Assembly: GCA_027080995.1 (NCBI GenBank)
Contig: JALWNT010000039.1
Location: 72,689 to 136,688, forward strand
DNA: 64,000 bases
From: Campylobacteraceae bacterium
GTDB taxonomy: Bacteria; Campylobacterota; Campylobacteria; Campylobacterales; Sulfurovaceae
Direction of reading: 5' to 3'
The first letter of the stretch is position 1, and each line of letters begins with the position of its first letter. Positions 29,194 through 37,318 of the stretch are shown in pieces. The notes under the pieces are model-generated. The model made no database searches, was not told where the DNA came from, and was given only the letters and a program-made list of their open reading frames with translations. The translations under genes and the position numbers were made by a program.

Positions 29194-31742
29194 AGATTTC
29201 ATGTTTTGAGAAATGGTATCGATCGCATGGAGCCGGCCTCGCCGCTCGCTGGGCGCTTGGTGTGGCTTTGGCGGTGGGAGTGTCCCAAGCGGCGGCTCCC
29301 CTGCCGTCCAAGGCCTACGCTCTGGCGGGGGCGAAAGTGTCCATCGAGCGCCTCGGTCCCTACGGCAAACGGAACCTCCTGTGGCGAAGTCGGACGCAAA
29401 GGGGGAAAACGCTCAAAGTGATAGGAAACTTCGTTCTAAACCGAAAGGATCTCGATCCTCAGGGCCTCTACCTGATCGAAGTGCGCGGCGGCAAGGTCCT
29501 CGACGCCGATCTGGACGGGCGGATCGATCGCCATCCGGCCCCCAATCGGGCCACCCTTCGCCTCATCGCCCGGGGATCGACCCTCAGACGCCTCCCCCGG
29601 ATCGTCGTCAGTTTCACGAGCGAACTGCTCTACGAACGGGTCGCCGCTCGGTTGCGACAGCTACGCGATCCCGCACAGATCGCATCGCTGCTCGATCGGG
29701 AAGCGGCCAAGATCCTGCGCAAGGACCTGGGCGGCGACGGGCGCATCACGGCGGCCGATATCGCCCTTTTCGTCCCCACCCGTGACCGGGAGGCCCTCCG
29801 GCCGATCTATGCGAAGCAATACGTCAAACTCGCGACCTACTATCAACGCCCCCGGCCGATATTGCCCAATCTTTCCGAAATCTTGTTCAAAATTCCCTGG
29901 AAACGGTTCGGAACCGAAAACATCGAAGGAGTCAAACTGCTCGATCGTGGACAAAAAGCGCTCCTGTTGCACGAGGGGAATCTGACCCTCTACGATCTCC
30001 ACGATCCTGGCACACCGCATCCTCTGTTCACCTGGCAAGTCTCCAAGGATGATGACGCGGAACTTTCCTTCGATGCCGATTGGACGGAAAAAAGGATTTA
30101 TCTCCTTGACGATACGACCTTTCGTGTATTGCGAATGGACCGTGAAGGGACGGAGCTGGCCCGCTTCGAGAGCCACGATCCCAACGGAGGGATGGACGAT
30201 TTCGCCCTCTCAAAAGACCGGATTTTCCTTCTGGTCGACGGCGGGATCACCGTCATCGATCGCCCAACGCTCAAAAAGCTTTCTCGAACCGATCTGAAAC
30301 TCCCAATCTCCGGAGAGACCGAAGCGATTCGCGTCCGTCGTGACGGCCGGCTGCTTCTCGTCTATTGGGGAGGGCATTGGCTCAAGGCGTTTCGGGTCCG
30401 CGACGATCGGATCACCGAGCTTTCGACGATCCGGAAGGATACGGATGTCAAAGATTTCTCCTTTGTCGAAGAGGGGCGCAAGCTGGTCCTGATCGATTCT
30501 GAGGAAGGGATCATGCTTTATGACCTGGGCGATCCGCGCCATCCCAAACTCCTGGACAAACTCGATACCGTTTCTACTGCCGATGACGCTGATCTGAGCG
30601 TATCGGAAACGACGGTGGCGGTCCATAGTGAAAGTGCCGATTCGATCGTGCTGTTGTTTTTTGTGGAGGGCAAACGCCTGGAAGCGATCGGAGAGACTCA
30701 TCTATTCCAAAGGGGCAACGGCGAATCCGCTCGGATCGTCACGCTTGGAAGCGAAGGAAGACGACTCTGTCTTGCAGGGGCGAAGGGGGTCAAAGCGATC
30801 GATACGACCTTGATCGATTGGAGGCTTTTCGCACGATCGTTCACCTCCAGCGGAGAGGTCATCGATACGTTCGTCACAACCGCTGACGGGCAGGCCTACG
30901 GGATCGAAAGGGCGGCGAATTGGATCGCCTCGATCGATTTCCATGATCTTTCGCAACTTCGTGAAACGGCAGCTTACGCCGGTGATCCGTGTGACGCCGA
31001 TTTCTTCGATATCGTAGCGGGCCCTTCGCCTGGGCAAATCACTCTTGCCGATCAGAACCGGGGGATCCGAATCTTCCGCATCGAGGGTGAACGGTTGATC
31101 GAAATGCCCCATGAATCGATGGATACCGGAGTCGGCGCCATCGCCATTGTCGATCACGATCATCTATTGGCAAACGATGGTGTGGGAAGTCCGGATACGG
31201 AAGGCTTGGCGCTCTATCGTATCCTCCGAAACGGAAAGGGGAGTTTGTCGTTTCGACGGCTGAATCGGATCCATCTGCCGGGAATCCTGGGGATTCGATA
31301 CGATTCCCGCCATCGCTTGGCCTATGTCTGGAGGGAAAAAAACGGGATTCAAATCGTTCGGATCACACCGAAATATCGAATCGTCAAGCTTGGAACGATC
31401 GATCAAAAAGCCGACGATCTGCTCCTCGGCAACGATCGGCTCTTTGTCGCTTCCTCAGACGGAGTGCGGATCTACTCCCGCAGCCGTCATCCTCGATTGG
31501 AAGCCTTCATCCCCTTGCCGGAAAAGGCCTTGAGTCTGGCACTGGATGCCCTGAAAAATCGACTCTTTGTCGGCACGGAACAGGGGCTTTATGTCTACGA
31601 TCTTGAGACTCGCCACCGCCTGGCCCGCTATCCCGTGGGCCCAATCAGCGACATTTACCTCTTGCTGGGCAAAAACGCGGCGCTGATCAGCGGCTTGGCC
31701 GCCGGAGTGATGGCCCTGGATCTTTCACTGCTTTCGTTCTGA
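29190..31742 (+). CDS. Exported beta-propeller-like repeat protein, paralogue 2
   Basis: 850 aa. Its ATG overlaps the previous TGA (ATGA). It shares the N-terminal module with paralogue 1 (VSFTSELLYERVAARLR...ILRKDLGGDGRITAADIALF) and has similar repeat motifs. Confidence 0.6.
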   Translation: MKISCFEKWYRSHGAGLAARWALGVALAVGVSQAAAPLPSKAYALAGAKVSIERLGPYGKRNLLWRSRTQRGKTLKVIGNFVLNRKDLDPQGLYLIEVRGGKVLDADLDGRIDRHPAPNRATLRLIARGSTLRRLPRIVVSFTSELLYERVAARLRQLRDPAQIASLLDREAAKILRKDLGGDGRITAADIALFVPTRDREALRPIYAKQYVKLATYYQRPRPILPNLSEILFKIPWKRFGTENIEGVKLLDRGQKALLLHEGNLTLYDLHDPGTPHPLFTWQVSKDDDAELSFDADWTEKRIYLLDDTTFRVLRMDREGTELARFESHDPNGGMDDFALSKDRIFLLVDGGITVIDRPTLKKLSRTDLKLPISGETEAIRVRRDGRLLLVYWGGHWLKAFRVRDDRITELSTIRKDTDVKDFSFVEEGRKLVLIDSEEGIMLYDLGDPRHPKLLDKLDTVSTADDADLSVSETTVAVHSESADSIVLLFFVEGKRLEAIGETHLFQRGNGESARIVTLGSEGRRLCLAGAKGVKAIDTTLIDWRLFARSFTSSGEVIDTFVTTADGQAYGIERAANWIASIDFHDLSQLRETAAYAGDPCDADFFDIVAGPSPGQITLADQNRGIRIFRIEGERLIEMPHESMDTGVGAIAIVDHDHLLANDGVGSPDTEGLALYRILRNGKGSLSFRRLNRIHLPGILGIRYDSRHRLAYVWREKNGIQIVRITPKYRIVKLGTIDQKADDLLLGNDRLFVASSDGVRIYSRSRHPRLEAFIPLPEKALSLALDALKNRLFVGTEQGLYVYDLETRHRLARYPVGPISDIYLLLGKNAALISGLAAGVMALDLSLLSF

Positions 31743-31777
31743 TTCGAATCTTTGGACTCTTGGGATCTCGTTTCGTA

Positions 31778-32434
31778 TCAGCGACGATTCTTGTCAAAAT
31801 GCTGATAATCCTTGATACTGTGCCAATCCCCGCCCCAACGCCAGCCACGCTTTTTGAAAGCCCGTACCGCCGGATCTTGCGGCAGCAAAACGGCGCGATA
31901 TTCGGGTTTGAAAGGGTTTTTGCGTACCCGTCGGCGGTAGGGGAGAGAGGCTTTGTGGCCGATGTGGCCGCTGCGGGAGACGTAGGGGTTTTCCAGGGGA
32001 TTGAGATCGATCGCTTTGCCGTAGGCGTGGTTGGACCACTTTCTGCCCCCGGTGACGGGACGGCAGTTGAAGGCCGAGGTGTTGTCGGCTTCGATGGAAG
32101 CAAAGTCGCTGCCGCCGTAGTCGCTGACTAGCCGCATCCGGCGGATGGGGTATTTCATCCGGTAGAGTTCACCGAAGATTTGTGTCACTTCACGGGCCAC
32201 ATCTTTGTGGACGACCAACTCCCCGGTATGATCTTTGCCGTCGAAGCCCCGGTAGGTCAACCGGAGATAGCGAAGATTCCTTAGGGGAACGGGACAGCCG
32301 TTTTTGTAGGAATGGCCCTTGCGCATGCGCTGTTCGGTCTTTTTGTCGATGGGATGGATCGAAGCGCGGTAGGAAGCCAACGCGCTGACGCTGCTTAGAG
32401 TCAGGATGAGGGAAATCATTGTGAATCGTTTCAT
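31778..32434 (-). CDS. Exported M15-family peptidoglycan metallopeptidase (VanY/LdcB-like)
   Basis: 218 aa with a signal peptide. The motifs ...SDYGGSDFASIEADNTSAFNCR...WSNHAYGKAIDLNP... fit the M15 Zn-ligand arrangement. Confidence 0.8.
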   Translation of the reverse strand: MKRFTMISLILTLSSVSALASYRASIHPIDKKTEQRMRKGHSYKNGCPVPLRNLRYLRLTYRGFDGKDHTGELVVHKDVAREVTQIFGELYRMKYPIRRMRLVSDYGGSDFASIEADNTSAFNCRPVTGGRKWSNHAYGKAIDLNPLENPYVSRSGHIGHKASLPYRRRVRKNPFKPEYRAVLLPQDPAVRAFKKRGWRWGGDWHSIKDYQHFDKNRR

Positions 32435-32453
32435 ACGTTGATTATAGCAAGAG

Positions 32454-32502
32454 GACTTGCGACTTGAGGGCCATAGGCCCGTGTTTGAGACTTGAGACGA
32501 CG
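32454..32502. repeat. 7-nt-periodic array (GACTTGN words)
   Basis: GACTTGC GACTTGA ... GACTTGA GACGACG stay in register (offsets 0, 7, 35, 42) across the embedded hairpin GGGCC-ata-GGCCC. Confidence 0.6.
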
Positions 32503-32521
32503 CCGGAGGCGTCTCTCAAAA

Positions 32522-32530
32522 TGGTATAAT
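32522..32530 (+). promoter_or_regulatory. Extended -10 promoter (TGGTATAAT) for the TauE-family gene
   Basis: Perfect TGnTATAAT 27 nt upstream of the ATG at 32557. Confidence 0.5.
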
Positions 32531-32556
32531 CGCGTATTTCTCTCTATAGGACGGAT

Positions 32557-33303
32557 ATGGAAATTCTCCTGGCAATGGTGGGCGTGGGCATCGGAGCGCT
32601 TTCGGGCTTTTTCGGGATCGGAGGCGGGACGGTGCTGGTACCGGTGCTGCTGCTGATGGGATTCGGGATGAAAACCGCGGTAGGCATCTCCGTGATGCAG
32701 ATGGTCTTCAGCTCCCTCTACGGCTCTTTCCTCAACTGGAGACGGGGGACGCTTGTTCTCGGAGAAGGGCTCTTTGTGGGCTTCGGTGGCTTTGCCGGAG
32801 GGTATTTGAGTGGCTATCTGACCTCTCTCGTCTCGGGGCGTTTTCTACAGTTCGTTTTCATCGGATTCGTTCTTTTTGCATTGGTGCGGATGATGACGGC
32901 CACGGTCCACGAAGATGCAAGCAAGAGCAAGACCCTTCCGAAATGGTTGCTCTTTCTCATTGGAATGGGGATTGGTGTCATTGCCATCAGTATCGGTGTC
33001 GGTGGGGCGATTATCCTGATTCCTCTTCTATCGGGGCTGCTGCACTATCCAGTCAAAAAGGCTGTCAGTGCCGGGCTTTTTTTCGTCGTATTCTCCTCCG
33101 TCGCCGGGATGCTGGGACGCTTGGTTCATGGCGAAATCGATCTTTTGCACGGGACGATTATCGGAGTCGGCTCTTTGCTGGGAGTCTATCTGGGGGTCTG
33201 GCTCAAAGAGCATGTCAGCAACAAAAGCCACAAAAATTTCATTGTCGGAATGTATGCATTCATTCTGGCGATTATGGTCTATAAGATGTTTTTTGCACAG
33301 TGA
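32557..33303 (+). CDS. TauE/SafE family sulfite/anion exporter
   Basis: 248 aa with about 8 TM helices and duplicated halves carrying GIGGG motifs (FFGIGGGTVLVP and IGVGGAIILIP). Confidence 0.85.
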   Translation: MEILLAMVGVGIGALSGFFGIGGGTVLVPVLLLMGFGMKTAVGISVMQMVFSSLYGSFLNWRRGTLVLGEGLFVGFGGFAGGYLSGYLTSLVSGRFLQFVFIGFVLFALVRMMTATVHEDASKSKTLPKWLLFLIGMGIGVIAISIGVGGAIILIPLLSGLLHYPVKKAVSAGLFFVVFSSVAGMLGRLVHGEIDLLHGTIIGVGSLLGVYLGVWLKEHVSNKSHKNFIVGMYAFILAIMVYKMFFAQ

Positions 33304-33350
33304 GTGCTGAGTGCTATGTGTTACGTGCTAAGAGAGGTGTAGCGTTGGAT
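33302..33350. repeat. 7-nt-periodic array (GAGTGCT words)
   Basis: GAGTGCT GAGTGCT ATGTGTT ACGTGCT AAGAGAG... begins inside the TauE stop codon. Confidence 0.55.
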
Positions 33351-33421
33351 TGCTATCCCACGACAAAGAAAAGGTTTGATTTGATAAAAGAAGAATTGAA
33401 TATCGAAGGAAACAAAAATTT

Positions 33422-36280
33422 ATGAGCAAAAAACATGACATCATCGACGTCAGAGGTGCCAGAGAGCACAACCTCAAAAGCATCGACGTCCAGATCCCCA
33501 AGAACAAGATGGTCGTCATCACCGGGATCAGCGGCAGTGGCAAATCGACGTTGGCGTTTAGCACCCTCTACGCCGAGGGGCAGCGGCGCTACATCGAGTC
33601 GCTGAGCTCCTACGCCCGGCAGTTTCTGGGTCGGGTGGGCAAGCCCGACGTGGACAAGATCGAGGGGCTCACGCCTGCCATCGCTATCGATCAGAAGACC
33701 ACCTCCAAAAACCCCCGCTCCACCGTGGGGACCATCACCGAGATCTACGACTACCTGCGGCTCCTTTTCGCCCGGGTGGGCAAGCAGCACTGCCACCGGT
33801 GCGGCAAACCGATCTCGAGTATGAGCGCCAGCGACATCATCACCGAGGTGCTGCGCCTGCCCGAGGGGGCCAAGCTGGTGATCATGGCGCCTCTCGTCAA
33901 GGAGAAAAAGGGCACCTTCGCCGATCTCATCGAATCCCTGCGTCACAAAGGCTACGTGAGGGCGATGATCGACGGGGTGATGGTGCGACTGGATGACGAG
34001 ATCGAACTGGCCAAGACCAAAAAGCACACCATCAAAGTGATTATCGACCGGGTCGTGGTGAAAGAGGGTTCCAAAGAGCGGATCGGCCAGGACATCGAAA
34101 AGGCTCTGGGGGAGAGCTACGGCGAAGTGGAGATCGAGGTGCTCAACCACGAGGAGGTGGGACTGGACCGGAAGGATTTCCACTATTCGGAGCACCTGGC
34201 CTGTTTCGACTGCAAGCTCAGTTTCGAGCCCCTGGAGCCGGTGAGCTTCTCCTTCAACTCCCCCAAGGGGGCCTGTCCTGCCTGCGACGGGCTGGGGATC
34301 CGCTACACCCTGGATCTGAGCAAGATCATCGACTCCAGCCGAACCATCAGCGAAGGAGCGGTGCGGATCATGCACGGCTTCAACAAAAGCTACTACGCCA
34401 AATTTCTGGCCGCCTTTTGCGAGCAGAACGACATCCCAACCGATGTGCCATGGGAAGAACTGCCGGAGCATCAGCGCAAGCAGATCCTCTACGGGGTAGG
34501 GAGCGAACCGGTCAATTTCACCTGGAAGCGCCACAAGCTCAAACGGGAGTGGCCGGGTGTCGTCAAATTCGCCCACGAGATGTTCACCGACGAGAAGGAT
34601 CTGGCCGACTATATGACCGAAAAGATCTGCGACAAGTGTCAGGGCAACCGCCTGCGCCCCCGCTCCCTGGCGGTGAAGATCGAGGGGAAGAACATCGCCG
34701 ATATCATCAACATGCCCATCGAGGAGAGCTACGCCTATTTCACCGAGGAGAGCAACTTCTCCCACTTGAGCGAACAGCAGAAGCTCATCGCCGAACCGAT
34801 CCTCAAGGAGATCCGGGAGCGGCTCTTTTTCCTCTACGACGTGGGGCTGGGCTACCTGACTCTCAGCCGCGACGCGCGCACCATCAGCGGCGGGGAGGCC
34901 CAGCGGATCCGCATCGCCAGCCAGATCGGATCGGGGCTGACGGGGGTGATGTATGTCCTCGACGAGCCCAGCATCGGACTGCATGAGCGCGACACCCTCA
35001 AGCTGATCCGCACGCTGCAGTCCCTTCGGGACAAGGGCAACACCGTCATCGTCGTCGAGCACGACAAGGAGACGATACTGGCTGCCGATCATATCGTGGA
35101 TATCGGCCCGGGAGCCGGGGAGTACGGCGGAGAGATCGTCTTCTCCGGCAAAGCAGATCGGCTCAAGCGGGCCAAGACCCTCACCGCCCAGTATCTCTAC
35201 GGTAAAAAGGAGATCGCCTATCCCCATGCCGAGCGCCCCAGAGAGAATTGGCTTCAGATCCGCAACGTCACCATCAACAACATCGAGAACCTTTCAGCAC
35301 GGCTCCCCCTGGGGAACTTCGTCTGCGTCACCGGTGTCAGCGGCAGCGGCAAAAGCTCCCTGATTCTGCAGACCCTCCTGCCCACGGCGAGGGAGATCCT
35401 CAACCGGGCCAAGAAGGTCAACCGGGTCGAGGGGGTCGAGATCGACGGCCTGGAGCATCTGGACAAGGTGATCTACCTGGACCAGAGCCCCATCGGCCGT
35501 ACGCCCCGCTCCAACCCCGCCACCTACACCGGGGTCATGGACGAGATCCGCAAGCTCTTTGCCCAGACCAAAGAGGCGGAGCTGCGGGGCTACAAAGTGG
35601 GGCGCTTCAGCTTCAACGTCAAAGGGGGCCGCTGCGAGAAGTGTCAGGGAGAGGGGCAGATCAAGATCGAGATGCACTTCCTTCCCGACGTGATGGTCAC
35701 CTGCGACGCCTGCGGGGGTGCGCGCTACAACGAGCAGACTTTGGAGGTCCGCTACAAGGGCAAAAACATCGCCGAAGTACTCGATATGAGTGTCGCCGAG
35801 GCGATGGAGTTCTTCAAGGCGATCCCCGCTATCGCCGCAAAGCTCAAGACCCTGATGGACGTGGGACTCGACTACATCAAGCTGGGACAGAACGCCACGA
35901 CCCTCTCGGGTGGAGAGGCCCAGCGGATCAAACTGGCCAAGGAGCTCAGCCGCAAAGATACCGGCCGGACTCTCTACATCCTGGATGAACCCACCACGGG
36001 GCTGCACTTCGCCGATGTAGATCGGCTGACCGGGGTGCTGCACCACCTCACGGAGCTGGGCAACAGCGTCATCGTCATCGAGCACAACCTCGACATGGTC
36101 AAAAACGCCGACTATATCGTGGATATGGGCCCGGAAGGGGGCAACAAAGGCGGACAGATCGTCGCCACGGGCACTCCCGAAGAGCTGGCGGAGACCTGGC
36201 GCGAGACCGGCAGCTACACCGGTAAATATCTGGCGCAGGAGTTGGGAATGGAGACGGCAGAAGACTCTATTTCCAAATAA
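33422..36280 (+). CDS. uvrA: Excinuclease ABC subunit A
   Basis: 952 aa. The N-terminus is IDVRGAREHNLKSIDVQIPKNKMVVITGISGSGKSTLAF, with two ABC modules and zinc-finger Cys clusters. Confidence 0.98.
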   Translation: MSKKHDIIDVRGAREHNLKSIDVQIPKNKMVVITGISGSGKSTLAFSTLYAEGQRRYIESLSSYARQFLGRVGKPDVDKIEGLTPAIAIDQKTTSKNPRSTVGTITEIYDYLRLLFARVGKQHCHRCGKPISSMSASDIITEVLRLPEGAKLVIMAPLVKEKKGTFADLIESLRHKGYVRAMIDGVMVRLDDEIELAKTKKHTIKVIIDRVVVKEGSKERIGQDIEKALGESYGEVEIEVLNHEEVGLDRKDFHYSEHLACFDCKLSFEPLEPVSFSFNSPKGACPACDGLGIRYTLDLSKIIDSSRTISEGAVRIMHGFNKSYYAKFLAAFCEQNDIPTDVPWEELPEHQRKQILYGVGSEPVNFTWKRHKLKREWPGVVKFAHEMFTDEKDLADYMTEKICDKCQGNRLRPRSLAVKIEGKNIADIINMPIEESYAYFTEESNFSHLSEQQKLIAEPILKEIRERLFFLYDVGLGYLTLSRDARTISGGEAQRIRIASQIGSGLTGVMYVLDEPSIGLHERDTLKLIRTLQSLRDKGNTVIVVEHDKETILAADHIVDIGPGAGEYGGEIVFSGKADRLKRAKTLTAQYLYGKKEIAYPHAERPRENWLQIRNVTINNIENLSARLPLGNFVCVTGVSGSGKSSLILQTLLPTAREILNRAKKVNRVEGVEIDGLEHLDKVIYLDQSPIGRTPRSNPATYTGVMDEIRKLFAQTKEAELRGYKVGRFSFNVKGGRCEKCQGEGQIKIEMHFLPDVMVTCDACGGARYNEQTLEVRYKGKNIAEVLDMSVAEAMEFFKAIPAIAAKLKTLMDVGLDYIKLGQNATTLSGGEAQRIKLAKELSRKDTGRTLYILDEPTTGLHFADVDRLTGVLHHLTELGNSVIVIEHNLDMVKNADYIVDMGPEGGNKGGQIVATGTPEELAETWRETGSYTGKYLAQELGMETAEDSISK

Positions 36281-36512
36281 CTTCACACTCTCTGATTAGG
36301 AGGTCCAGAAAGAGAAGGACCAAACCTCCCGGAGCCTATTACTCTCGCAGCGGCATGAGTTCCGAAAAAACGTTCAAGCAAGTATCCGACAGTAGCCTCC
36401 CTTTGGGCTCGATTAAGGGAAATAGATTACAATAGAATCATTGTAAGGTTTAGGATCATGAAATGATCATCAAGCAGTTTCTCGGAGCCTCAATAAAAAA
36501 AGGAGTATTGAA

Positions 36513-36836
36513 ATGGAAAGACTCATCTATTCGGAGTGTCACTATGCAATCGAGGGGCAGATCGTACCTCAGTTGCGGGCTTTTTTTTCCCGTTTGCGCC
36601 GAGTACGACAGGATCTAGGTGTCCGTCCCTATCTCAACCGGATCCAACGTGAACGATGTCGGGCCAATCTTCTGGAGTTGGAACGGCTGGAGAGGGAGTT
36701 TCATCGTGTCGACTATCCGGAAGATTTCGAACATCTCCATCGGAAGCTGCGACGCTACCTCTATCTCGAGAGTGAAGATTTGGCTCGTGTTCTTGGGAGG
36801 GAGAGCGTCCGAAAATGTTCGCTCTTTCTGATATGA
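36513..36836 (+). CDS. Hypothetical protein (107 aa, Arg/Glu-rich)
   Basis: The ORF has an AAAGGAG RBS and ends 10 nt before the thioredoxin-like gene. I recognised no family. Confidence 0.4.
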   Translation: MERLIYSECHYAIEGQIVPQLRAFFSRLRRVRQDLGVRPYLNRIQRERCRANLLELERLEREFHRVDYPEDFEHLHRKLRRYLYLESEDLARVLGRESVRKCSLFLI

Positions 36837-36846
36837 GAGGCAGACG

Positions 36847-37167
36847 ATGAATCTGGAAGAGATCGAAGAGGCGATTCGCGAAGAGCCCGGCGTACTGCTC
36901 TATTTTTCGGGAGAAAACTGCAACGTCTGCCATGCCTTGCGCCCCAAGTATAAGGACCTTTTCGATAGGGAGTTTCCCGCGATTCGTCAAATCTATCTCG
37001 ATGCACACGACAACCCGGAGATTTCTGCCCGTTTTCAAGTCTTTTCCGTACCGACGGCTATTGTCTTCCTCGGCGGTCGTGAATTTGCCCGGGAGGGGAG
37101 GGCGGTGAGTCTCCATGCACTTCGCGAAAAACTTCGCCGACCCTACGAGATTCTTACTTCCGATTGA
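36847..37167 (+). CDS. Thioredoxin-fold protein (CxxC = CNVC)
   Basis: 106 aa. LLYFSGENCNVCHALRPK...FSVPTAIVF fits the thioredoxin fold. Confidence 0.7.
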   Translation: MNLEEIEEAIREEPGVLLYFSGENCNVCHALRPKYKDLFDREFPAIRQIYLDAHDNPEISARFQVFSVPTAIVFLGGREFAREGRAVSLHALREKLRRPYEILTSD

Positions 37168-37318
37168 TAATCATTTCGCTTAGCAAAGAGTGAAAAATCG
37201 GGGGAGTGGGGATGCGGGAATGGATATAATTCTTTTTGAAAAAATCAATGGATCCGAAAGTTGAGAAAACGTCGGTAGAGGTTGCGGCGTTTCTCCTTTG
37301 GGATGAATCGAGTCGAGA

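Noticed and set aside
33353-36286. 624-aa and 330-aa minus-strand ORFs opposite uvrA
   Set aside because: uvrA is certain on the plus strand. The antisense frames are Gly/Asp/Leu/Val-rich shadows with no motifs.
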